Part shown: positions 17,381 to 24,759 of the stretch, piece by piece
Layout of the letters: each line of letters opens with the position of its first letter
How positions within the stretch are numbered: position 1 is the stretch's first letter
From: a virus
Taxonomy: Duplodnaviria > Caudoviricetes
Virus record (IMG/VR): IMGVR_UViG_3300027732_000081
Coordinates: 1-31,345 of that record
DNA: 31,345 bases
Direction: 5' to 3' (one strand)
Notes under the pieces: model-generated
What the model saw: the letters and a program-made list of their open reading frames with translations, nothing else
What the model was told of the DNA's origin: nothing
Databases searched by the model: none
Translations under genes and position numbers: made by a program

Positions 17381-19246
17381 ATGGCACAAACTGTTAACGT
17401 AATTGGGTATGGCCCGATTACTTTCCCAGATGGAATGTCGCGGGAGCAGATGGCCGAGGCATTGAAGAAGCTGCCGCCATTGCCTGGGACTGCTGCTCCA
17501 GCGGTTCCAGCAGCACCACAGACCGTTATGGAGAAGCTCGCGGCATCTCCAGTTGGTGGCGTTGTGCGTGGCCTGCGTGATGTTGCTGAAGGCACTGCCC
17601 AGTTTGCAGCAAGGGGCGCTGAACAGTTGCCAGTCATTGGTCAATTCATACGTCCAGCACGTCAGTCATTTGAGCAAGCCATGACTGCTGGCGAAAAACA
17701 ATACCGCCAAGATCGAACCGGCCAGCTACGTCCAGATGAGCTTGATGTTGGCCGTATGGTTGGCAATGTGGGTGGGACACTGTTACCAAGCACTGCTGCC
17801 GTCAGGGCATTGAACCTGGCCGCCAAGCCCGTCAAGGCTGGCGCTGTTTCTGGTGCCGTCAGCGGTGCAATGCAGCCCGTCCAGACTGGGGCAACAGCGC
17901 CGACATTGTCCGACCTGGTGACAGAGACAAGGCCGCGAGACATGGGCGCTGGTGAATACTTTACACAAAAGGCCCAGCAAATTGGATTTGGCGGGGCTTT
18001 GGGCGCTGGAGGTGGATACCTGACCGACAAGATGATGAGCATTTTGTTTGGCTCAAGAGCGCCTGGTATGGCAGCCCCAGCACCTGGACCGGCACCGGGG
18101 CCAGCAACTGCGCAAGCTCAGAGCAGTGCAACGGCAACCGCGACTCCAACGGCCACAGTGACTGGCGGCCAAGTTACGCCTGGCGTTGTTGGCGCTGATG
18201 CGTCAGCGGCATTGACTGAAGCTCAAAGGGCAATCCTTGATCGCGGCAAGGCAATGGGGTTTCGCACAACTCCAGGCCAGGAAACTGGCAGCAGATCTTT
18301 GCAGCAGATGGAGGCTCGAATGGAGTCCAGTCCATTGACGTCTGGCCCATTTAATGAGATCAAAGCAACCAATCAAAGGATTTTGAACCAATCGACAGCT
18401 CAGGCCATTGGAGTCAATGCCAGTGAACTGAGCAACCCTGTACTGGCAAAAGCTCAAAGACAAATCAGCGAGGTCTACAACAAGGTTTCAAGTCCAACGG
18501 TTCAAAAAATCGATCAGCCTTATGTGCTCAACGGCATTGATTTGCTTGACAACGCATTTGAGGGTTTGACTACCAAACCATTTAAATCTGAGATATTTGT
18601 AAAGCAGTTGCAAGATTTGGCTATGAAGGGCGAGGCCACTGGAAACCAATTGGCCGTTTTGTCATCAAAAATTGGCAAGAAAGCGAAAAACGAGAGAACA
18701 ACTCCAAATGGAGATCGTGAACTTGGTGAGGCTTTGTTTCAGATGAAAGAAATTGTCGATGATGCTTTAATGTCTGGATTGTCAGCAGCAGATCAGGCAG
18801 CATTTCAAGCAGCGCGTGCCAATTACAGAAACCTGATGACAATTAGAACCTCCTCTGGCGTTGTCAATCCATCATCAGGGAATGTCTCAGGATTGAATTT
18901 GGCATCAGCTCTGACACGCAAAGACCCTCGCGGATTTATGGAGGGAAGTAATACCACTCCAATGTATGAGGCCGCACGCTTTGCACAAGCATTTAAACCT
19001 ATCGTTGGTGACTCAGGCACAGCGGCACGCATGATGGAATACACACCTTTGAACGTGATGCTATCCATGCCGACAAACCTGGCTGCACGGGCTTACACGT
19101 CAGCCCCATCAACTGCAATTGCAAGCAGGTTACAGACTGGTTTGATGCCTAGTGGCGCGGTTGATCCAGCAATGGAAGAACTGATGCGCCGAGCATTACC
19201 AGTCACGGCTGGCGCCGGGCTGGTTGGCGGTTTACTGGGTCAATGA
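17381..19246 (+). CDS. Internal virion / DNA ejection protein 3
   Basis: 621 aa with a GAGGT RBS, N-terminal ITFPDGMSREQM motif, Gly/Ala-rich membrane-like segments and a helical C-terminal half. Confidence 0.7.
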   Translation: MAQTVNVIGYGPITFPDGMSREQMAEALKKLPPLPGTAAPAVPAAPQTVMEKLAASPVGGVVRGLRDVAEGTAQFAARGAEQLPVIGQFIRPARQSFEQAMTAGEKQYRQDRTGQLRPDELDVGRMVGNVGGTLLPSTAAVRALNLAAKPVKAGAVSGAVSGAMQPVQTGATAPTLSDLVTETRPRDMGAGEYFTQKAQQIGFGGALGAGGGYLTDKMMSILFGSRAPGMAAPAPGPAPGPATAQAQSSATATATPTATVTGGQVTPGVVGADASAALTEAQRAILDRGKAMGFRTTPGQETGSRSLQQMEARMESSPLTSGPFNEIKATNQRILNQSTAQAIGVNASELSNPVLAKAQRQISEVYNKVSSPTVQKIDQPYVLNGIDLLDNAFEGLTTKPFKSEIFVKQLQDLAMKGEATGNQLAVLSSKIGKKAKNERTTPNGDRELGEALFQMKEIVDDALMSGLSAADQAAFQAARANYRNLMTIRTSSGVVNPSSGNVSGLNLASALTRKDPRGFMEGSNTTPMYEAARFAQAFKPIVGDSGTAARMMEYTPLNVMLSMPTNLAARAYTSAPSTAIASRLQTGLMPSGAVDPAMEELMRRALPVTAGAGLVGGLLGQ

Positions 19247-19259
19247 TCTTTGAGGTGAA

Positions 19260-20831
19260 ATGATGGCAACTGGTCTACTGGATTACCTCGAGGCTGCTGG
19301 TGAGACGGGCGCAACGCTTGGTAGCGGTGCCGCTGCCACCTTGGCCGGTATTCCTTACGGCATCTTGCAAAACATCAGGTCAGGTAAGTACGGCACAAAG
19401 GAAGGCGTCAAGCTGGCCGACAAGGCCACTCAAGACTTTATCAAGCAGTACACCTATGCACCCCGCGGCCAGATGGCCCAGAACGCTCTGCAAAGCGTTG
19501 CTGGCCTGCTTGAATCCACCAAGCTGCCACCAGTATTGCCAGAGGCCGGTTTGCTGGCCGCAATCCCCAAGGCAACGTATGCCTCACAGTTTGAGCGTGC
19601 CGGTATGGCAGCAGAGCGTGCCATGGAACCAGTCGCGGCCAACGTGATGGCGCGGGGCGGTCTGCCTGCTCAGTTGTTGCAGGATCTGACGCAGGGGACA
19701 ACCAGCAACGTGACCAAGCGCCAGGCCACCGTGATGAACCCTGAGCGCATTGCATTCCCCAACATTTACAAAAACCCCAAGGAATTGGTGCAAGAGGCAA
19801 CCAGCAGGGTCGCACCAGAGAATCCATTGCTCCAGCAATTGTTTGGCGTGACCAGGCAAGACCTGTTTGACATTTCCCAGCAAGGCACGCGAGCTGGCAA
19901 CATCACTGATGTGCCATTCAAAACCGCCAAAAATCCCAAAGGCGCGGCCCATGCTTCTCAAGTGATGAACCCACGCAATGAGCAGCGTCTGCAAGACATT
20001 GTGGCCGAGGCAAGATTGCAGCCTGAGTTGTTCAAGGGCATGGCGTCTTGGTACACCATGGACCCGCTGTATCAGCGCTTTGTGGACATTTATGGGCAAG
20101 ACAAGGCCATTGGCGAGTACAACAAATTTAATGCCTTGACGGGTATGTCTAGCCCCGGCAGTGAAGTGCTGACAGAGTTGAATCGCGGCACCGCTGCCAA
20201 CATGATGGACACACTTGGCCGATTTGAGGACTTCAGGAAATATGGCGGTGTGTCTGAATTCAAGCGGGGCGCAGATTACCCGCCAGAACTGGCCGGTGTG
20301 ATCGGCCATCCATATCACAGTACAGCTCAGGCTGGCCCCATGGGCAAGTATCTGGCGTCTGGCTTGATTGAGATGGATTCGGCCAAAGTACCGAGCTATA
20401 TCCATGCGTCTGGCGTGCCAGAGACAGGATTCCAGACACAATACCCGGTTGGTGATGCCCACTGGTCGCGCCTGGTTGGGTTGCCTGACGTTCGCGGTGC
20501 GACAACCAAAAAGGGCGTGCCAACCATACCCAAGGCCAGCGCGTCAGTGCCTGAGATGGTTGCGTTGGGTCCATGGTTCAACCAGAGAATTGCTCAACCC
20601 ATGGGGCTTGAAGCAGTGCCTACCCAGGCCGTGATCTGGGGCGCTGGATCTGGCGCAACTGGTGTGACATCACCCATTGGGGCGCCAAAGCTAGAGTTGC
20701 TGGCGCAGCAAATCGGAGAAACCGCGACACGTCTTGGCATCTCTCCAGAAACTGCCAGAGACATGATCATTCGCGGTCAGGCTTACGCTGGCGGGATCAC
20801 CAAAGGCGGTTTGCTCTCAATCGATGACTGA
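19260..20831 (+). CDS. Last late gene: probable ejected protein with a globular C-terminal domain resembling HhH-type DNA glycosylases
   Basis: Ejection-protein-like N-terminus. The C-terminal domain has ordered motifs SWY, SSPGSEV, AKVPSY, PVGDAHWSR and QAVIW. GAGGTG RBS. Confidence 0.6.
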   Translation: MMATGLLDYLEAAGETGATLGSGAAATLAGIPYGILQNIRSGKYGTKEGVKLADKATQDFIKQYTYAPRGQMAQNALQSVAGLLESTKLPPVLPEAGLLAAIPKATYASQFERAGMAAERAMEPVAANVMARGGLPAQLLQDLTQGTTSNVTKRQATVMNPERIAFPNIYKNPKELVQEATSRVAPENPLLQQLFGVTRQDLFDISQQGTRAGNITDVPFKTAKNPKGAAHASQVMNPRNEQRLQDIVAEARLQPELFKGMASWYTMDPLYQRFVDIYGQDKAIGEYNKFNALTGMSSPGSEVLTELNRGTAANMMDTLGRFEDFRKYGGVSEFKRGADYPPELAGVIGHPYHSTAQAGPMGKYLASGLIEMDSAKVPSYIHASGVPETGFQTQYPVGDAHWSRLVGLPDVRGATTKKGVPTIPKASASVPEMVALGPWFNQRIAQPMGLEAVPTQAVIWGAGSGATGVTSPIGAPKLELLAQQIGETATRLGISPETARDMIIRGQAYAGGITKGGLLSIDD

Positions 20832-20959
20832 TCAATCCAGTCCATGATCTGCTGGATGGCCTCTTGTGCTGATGGTGTTTCACCACTTGCGGCCTGCACC
20901 TCCTCTGCCTCATCCATCAATGCGAGCAGGTAGTTTTTCAATTTGTCTTTGTCAATCAC
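20783..20959 (-). CDS. Unlisted 58-aa acidic protein overlapping the 3' end of the last late gene
   Basis: Read by hand. GTG at 20959 overlaps the upstream stop (GTGA), with GGAG 7 nt upstream. Product: MIDKDKLKNYLLALMDEAEEVQAASGETPSAQEAIQQIMDWIDQSSIESKPPLVIPPA. Confidence 0.65.
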   Translation of the reverse strand: MIDKDKLKNYLLALMDEAEEVQAASGETPSAQEAIQQIMDWIDQSSIESKPPLVIPPA

Positions 20960-21333
20960 TTCACTTCTCCAAAAAACGCAGCCACCAGCGGATCTCTCCT
21001 GATCTTCACTTTACGGCCCCGATCACGCGCCTGCCTGAAGGCTTTGTCATCGAGGGACTCTTTGCGTCTCCACTTGCGCACCCTGTCGCTGACGCTACTG
21101 GGCAAAGGCTTGATGGCATCAATGCCGATCCCGTACCTGTAAACCGCCACCGGGATACCCCTGACCTCTGACCGGGTCCACTCTTGTATGTGGACCAGGT
21201 GCTGCCGGCGCAGCCGCAGGATCAGCAGCCTGGCAGACCTGTCGGTGCAATGGATCGTCTCAGCCACCTCCGCTGAGGTCAGGCCAATGTCGGTGATGGC
21301 CTTGATCAAGCGGGGCAGTTGGGCAGACTTCAT
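20956..21333 (-). CDS. Winged-HTH-like basic DNA-binding protein
   Basis: LTSAEVAETIHCTDRSARLLILRL HTH pattern, then a VHIQEW...VAVYRYG wing. Confidence 0.65.
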   Translation of the reverse strand: MKSAQLPRLIKAITDIGLTSAEVAETIHCTDRSARLLILRLRRQHLVHIQEWTRSEVRGIPVAVYRYGIGIDAIKPLPSSVSDRVRKWRRKESLDDKAFRQARDRGRKVKIRRDPLVAAFFGEVK

Positions 21334-21599
21334 TTGACCGAGGCAATGACTTCAAGCTCAAGGTCTTTGACCCTCTCGCGCAGTAGCTGCATCTCCTGGT
21401 CCAGATCTCGGTACTTGCGCTCCATGCGCTCGCGGGTGAACGTCTCGCCATGGATGTACCCGATCAGCGTGCCATTTGTGATGGCCTTCCTGATGAGCTG
21501 CTCATACTCATGCCTGTTGAGCATGACCCCTGCAATGCCGCCAGGGGCACGCATCTTGTTGACCTCGAGGTCGATCTGTTGTTGCATTGACTCGCTCAT
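21330..21599 (-). CDS. Hypothetical early protein with C-terminal coiled coil
   Basis: ATG 21599 overlaps the upstream stop (ATGA) and follows GAGGGA. Confidence 0.7.
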   Translation of the reverse strand: MSESMQQQIDLEVNKMRAPGGIAGVMLNRHEYEQLIRKAITNGTLIGYIHGETFTRERMERKYRDLDQEMQLLRERVKDLELEVIASVK

Positions 21600-21835
21600 T
21601 GTTCCCTCGCTTTCAGCATGGCGTCTGCCATGCAATAGCACCAACCGGCTATTGCGTCTATATCATTGCTCGCCTCTAAGGCATCTGGGCCTGACCAGTA
21701 AACAGTCAATGCCCTTGCCGCAAAGTAATCGCGCAGGCTCATGCCTGCGTCTGATTGACTGGGGACGCAACCCAACTGGCCTGCCATATCTGGGTGCACG
21801 GGAAACGCTGGCCCACTTGTATCTTTGTTGTTCAT
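21596..21835 (-). CDS. Conserved small phage protein (GPAFP...GMSLRDYFAA family)
   Basis: The motif GPAFP / GMSLRDYFAARAL / Y.MADAMLKAR is common in proteobacterial phages. GGAGG RBS. Confidence 0.8.
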   Translation of the reverse strand: MNNKDTSGPAFPVHPDMAGQLGCVPSQSDAGMSLRDYFAARALTVYWSGPDALEASNDIDAIAGWCYCMADAMLKAREQ

Positions 21836-21837
21836 GC

Positions 21838-22023
21838 TTACGCCCTCCAGACCAAGCAGTCCATCGCCACCACGATCAGGCCAATGAGGCTGATCACGCG
21901 GATGATCTTTTCAGCGGTGCTGCACTCATGGACGTGGATCTCGATGGCCGCGCCATTCTCGAGTGAGTTGGGGAATGCCTCAGTGAATGTCCTGGGGAAT
22001 TTGCGGGTTGTTTCATTTTCCAT
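21838..22023 (-). CDS. Small membrane protein
   Basis: AAGGAG RBS before ATG 22023, TRKFPRTFTEAFP motif and a C-terminal TM. Confidence 0.7.
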   Translation of the reverse strand: MENETTRKFPRTFTEAFPNSLENGAAIEIHVHECSTAEKIIRVISLIGLIVVAMDCLVWRA

Positions 22024-22049
22024 GATTTCACTCCTTGTTTGAATATTGA

Positions 22050-22202
22050 TCACATTACACCTCTCATCTCCCACCCGAGCAGGAAGTAATTCCAGCGGGT
22101 GACAATGTTGCTGTTGGTGAACTTGGTCCCGTCCCAGGCCAAGTCTGCTGGGGTGTAGCCTTTGCTCACCATAAGTGCCATAAAGACTTGTTGTGCTTTC
22201 AT
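22050..22202 (-). CDS. Small hypothetical protein
   Basis: ATG 22202 overlaps the upstream stop and follows GAGGTG. Product MKAQQVFMALMVSKGY... Confidence 0.65.
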   Translation of the reverse strand: MKAQQVFMALMVSKGYTPADLAWDGTKFTNSNIVTRWNYFLLGWEMRGVM

Positions 22203-22501
22203 TGGTTCACCTCTCTGAATTTTTTCAGCAATGCTTTGCCAAACTGCACCTGTCCCCAAGGCATGGGTGCGCCCCTGTGTTCTTGCACCATTTCAAAATA
22301 GACGTTTTCAATTTGCGTGTCGGTCAGATCTACCCACGGGCGCTTCTTTTTGCCGTCATATAAACCACTCATGTAAGCAATACTTAACTCATCAGGCTTT
22401 TGCTCTGTGCGCTGTGGTGGGGTGACCATTTCGAGGTCTTGCGCGGTATGGTCTTTGTTCATCTCACACTCCTTAATTTGTCGTTTGCGCCAGCCGGTCA
22501 C
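22199..22501 (-). CDS. Hypothetical early protein (WVDLTD.QI motif)
   Basis: Start is GTG 22501 (coupled) or ATG 22462 (AAGGAG RBS). Confidence 0.65.
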   Translation of the reverse strand: MTGWRKRQIKECEMNKDHTAQDLEMVTPPQRTEQKPDELSIAYMSGLYDGKKKRPWVDLTDTQIENVYFEMVQEHRGAPMPWGQVQFGKALLKKFREVNQ

Positions 22502-22605
22502 AGCGCGTTGTATCCATACTTGAAAAGCTCCACGGCCACCCGGCAGGCGAACCCGATGAAGGGCAGGAAACAGACTAGGATGAAACCGAATTTAAAACCA
22601 CTCAT
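22498..22605 (-). CDS. Unlisted 35-aa hydrophobic peptide
   Basis: Read by hand: MSGFKFGFILVCFLPFIGFACRVAVELFKYGYNAL. AAGGAG RBS; 4-bp overlaps at both ends. Confidence 0.6.
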   Translation of the reverse strand: MSGFKFGFILVCFLPFIGFACRVAVELFKYGYNAL

Positions 22606-22760
22606 TTGCTTTGCTCCTTACGTTTTTGAATAGACTCGCGCAGTTGCTGGCGCAGCCAGTTGATGCCGCCCAGGCGCTTCCACTCAGCAAAGTGCGCCGG
22701 GATCAGCCTGGCGCTGACCGTGACGGCCACGCTGGTCATCTCACTCTTTGGACGTGGCAT
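22602..22760 (-). CDS. Unlisted 52-aa ribbon-helix-helix-like protein
   Basis: Read by hand: MPRPKSEMTSVAVTVSARLIPAHFAEWKRLGGINWLRQQLRESIQKRKEQSK. GGAG RBS. Confidence 0.62.
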   Translation of the reverse strand: MPRPKSEMTSVAVTVSARLIPAHFAEWKRLGGINWLRQQLRESIQKRKEQSK

Positions 22761-22762
22761 CT

Positions 22763-23008
22763 TCATCTCCAGGCCGCGAGGGCCGTTGCAAGGTCTTTGG
22801 TGGAGACGATAAGCTGATCCAGGCGCATGGACTCATCACGCACAACAAACAACCCAGCGCCGCGCTTGGTGCGTCCCCAGGCATCTTTGCGGTTGACATT
22901 GGAGAGTTGGTTCTTGCGCACGGCGTTGTAGACCTGGTGCGTTGTGAACCCCTCATCAAGGCACTCGCGCATGGTCCGAGGAACCCGGCAGAAGTCAATG
23001 ATCATCAT
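22763..23008 (-). CDS. Hypothetical early protein
   Basis: GAGGAG RBS favours ATG 23008 within ORF 22763-23023. Confidence 0.65.
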   Translation of the reverse strand: MMIIDFCRVPRTMRECLDEGFTTHQVYNAVRKNQLSNVNRKDAWGRTKRGAGLFVVRDESMRLDQLIVSTKDLATALAAWR

Positions 23009-23114
23009 CTTCAAGCTCCTCATCAGTTGGGGGTTGATCGTCTGGGTTGTAGTCTGCGCGGCCAGTGAGGATCTGACCCCACCGCCATTCTTGGTAATCG
23101 AGATCTGAGTACAT
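22995..23114 (-). CDS. Unlisted 39-aa highly acidic peptide
   Basis: Read by hand: MYSDLDYQEWRWGQILTGRADYNPDDQPPTDEELEDDDH. It starts 2 nt after the upstream stop and fills the gap. Confidence 0.5.
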   Translation of the reverse strand: MYSDLDYQEWRWGQILTGRADYNPDDQPPTDEELEDDDH

Positions 23115-23116
23115 GG

Positions 23117-23335
23117 TCAATCTTCGTACTCGAGGCGCTCAGAAAAAGATGGGTTCCAATCATTTTCAGAAGCGTTAGATTTCGCCCAACGTATGACCCA
23201 TTCATGGGCATTAAGACCGCGATGGTTGTTTTTGCCATTTTCATTTGCGTCAGCAGTGATTTCAATGATTTCTGCTGGTGTCAAGTCGATGCCATGATCG
23301 GCATAGATTTTTTCGGTTTCTGCTTTGGTGATCAT
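23117..23335 (-). CDS. Hypothetical early protein
   Basis: 72 aa with a strong RBS AAGGAGTATTTAAATG. Confidence 0.75.
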   Translation of the reverse strand: MITKAETEKIYADHGIDLTPAEIIEITADANENGKNNHRGLNAHEWVIRWAKSNASENDWNPSFSERLEYED

Positions 23336-23617
23336 TTAAATACTCCTTGAAGTTGGGGCCGTGGCCCCGGTTGATTTAACGAGGCTTTGCACGCGCAATG
23401 ACGGCACTGTCGATCCAGTCGCCAACTTGGATGGGTATCCACCCATTCTTTTGCTGACGGCCACGGGTAAGGTTTGCCAGATGGCAATAGGTGCTGCCAT
23501 TGCGCTCCGCGCCGATGCTGACAATGCGCCATGTCTCACCGGCATACACAACGATGCAGTCAACCTTGCTGCCGTCACCGATGATTGCTTGTACTGTTTG
23601 CATTTAAATACTCCTTG
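23333..23617 (-). repeat. Identical 17-bp direct repeat spanning RBS and start codon (23333-23349 and 23601-23617)
   Basis: CATTTAAATACTCCTTG on the + strand at both positions. Confidence 0.9.
23376..23603 (-). CDS. Hypothetical early protein, first gene of the leftward operon
   Basis: 75 aa with the same strong RBS AAGGAGTATTTAAATG. Confidence 0.75.
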   Translation of the reverse strand: MQTVQAIIGDGSKVDCIVVYAGETWRIVSIGAERNGSTYCHLANLTRGRQQKNGWIPIQVGDWIDSAVIARAKPR

Positions 23618-23631
23618 TTGTTGATCTGCCG

Positions 23632-23659
23632 ATCATACACACATTGACTAAGTCATCAA
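23632..23659 (-). promoter_or_regulatory. Putative leftward sigma70 early promoter
   Basis: Minus strand TTGATG-16 nt-TATGAT with an extended -10 TG, just upstream of the RBS of ORF 23603. Confidence 0.55.
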
Positions 23660-23762
23660 ATCCCACACAATCCAGTCAACTATTAACCCCATACAATCAA
23701 CCCCGGCAGGCCAACACCTGCTGATTGCGCCGGGCACTCCAACCGGGCGCAGTTGCCATTTG

Positions 23763-23798
23763 GGGGGCCGGTCATCACTGTCTGGCCCCCATTTTTTT
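23763..23798 (+). terminator. Rho-independent terminator in the control region
   Basis: GGGGGCCGG/CTGGCCCCC stem followed by ATTTTTTT. Confidence 0.65.
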
Positions 23799-23832
23799 GA
23801 CTACTTGCACAAGTTGTCAAATTGGGGTTAAC

Positions 23833-24078
23833 ATGCAAGACATGAAAACAACTGACAACCCCATCAAAGACGTTATGTCCAAGGCCAGTGCCGCAGGCTA
23901 CTCCATGGCCGATGTCTGCCGTGTCGCAGAGATCGACCAGAGTCAAGCCAGCAGGTGGCTTAGTGGCCGTACCAAGCCCTTATATGCCAGTGTGGTGCGC
24001 CTCAACCAAGTGGTCGATGCCATGGTGGCGGCCAGGCTGCAAGTGCTCAACAAGGCCATGGACGAGGCGCTCAAATGA
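23833..24078 (+). CDS. Cro/XRE-family HTH regulator
   Basis: YSMADVCRVAEIDQSQASRWLSGRTKP is an XRE-type HTH. It is the first gene of the rightward operon; start is 23833 or 23842. Confidence 0.8.
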   Translation: MQDMKTTDNPIKDVMSKASAAGYSMADVCRVAEIDQSQASRWLSGRTKPLYASVVRLNQVVDAMVAARLQVLNKAMDEALK

Positions 24079-24545
24079 GGCACATTGGCATCGACCCAGG
24101 TCTATCGGGTGCCATTGCGGTGATCACAGATGACACACTCCAGATCCATGACATGCCGGTGATGACCGTGGACCGCAACGGCAAGGCCAAGCGGCAGGTC
24201 AGCGCAAATGAGCTGGCCGAGCTGCTGAACCTGTACGCCGGCAAAGACTGCCACGTCTACTGCGAGCGCGTGAGTGCCATGGCAGGCCAGGGCGTGACAA
24301 GTGTCTTTTCGTTTGGCCGTTCATTTGGAATGATTGAGGGGATCTTGGCAGCGCTCAAGATGCCCGTCACCTTTGTGGCCCCTGCCACCTGGACCCGTGC
24401 CATTGGCCGCAGCCCAGGCAAGGATGCCTCGAGGGCCAGGGCAATGGAGCTGTTTCCCAATTACGAATATTTCTTCAAGCGCGTCAAGGACGATGGCCGT
24501 GCTGACGCTGCACTCATTGCACATTGGGGGCGTAAGCATGGATGA
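24075..24545 (+). CDS. RuvC-like Holliday junction resolvase
   Basis: IGIDPGLSGAIA, CERV, SVFSFGRSFG, PATW and DDGRADAALIA catalytic motifs. Confidence 0.88.
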   Translation: MRHIGIDPGLSGAIAVITDDTLQIHDMPVMTVDRNGKAKRQVSANELAELLNLYAGKDCHVYCERVSAMAGQGVTSVFSFGRSFGMIEGILAALKMPVTFVAPATWTRAIGRSPGKDASRARAMELFPNYEYFFKRVKDDGRADAALIAHWGRKHG

Positions 24546-24759
24546 CGTTGAACGCAAAGCCATGAGGGACCAGATTGTCTGGCTCACCCAGGAACTCGAG
24601 AAGGCCAGACGTGCCAACCAGGATAAGACGCTGCTGCTATCGCGAATGCTCAGTCCCGAGGACCTTGGGCACGCAGTCAGTAATGAGGTGCGCCAGCTCA
24701 TCTACACAATCATCATCAACGAACAGGATGCGGAGCGCGAATCATGGAACAAAAAATAA
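24538..24759 (+). CDS. Small hypothetical protein
   Basis: Internal ATG 24538 (MDDVERKAMRDQIVWL...) overlaps both neighbours. Confidence 0.65.
   Translation: MDDVERKAMRDQIVWLTQELEKARRANQDKTLLLSRMLSPEDLGHAVSNEVRQLIYTIIINEQDAERESWNKK

Noticed and set aside
19584-20462. 292-aa minus-strand ORF
   Set aside because: It lies entirely antisense to the 523-aa gene, has no recognisable motif, and shows the His/Leu/Gly-rich composition typical of shadow ORFs.
21319-21966. 215-aa plus-strand ORF
   Set aside because: It is antisense to tightly coupled minus-strand genes that have good RBSs.
23700-23798. tRNA gene
   Set aside because: No T-loop (GTTCRA), D-loop or acceptor stem pattern. Kept only as a candidate sRNA.
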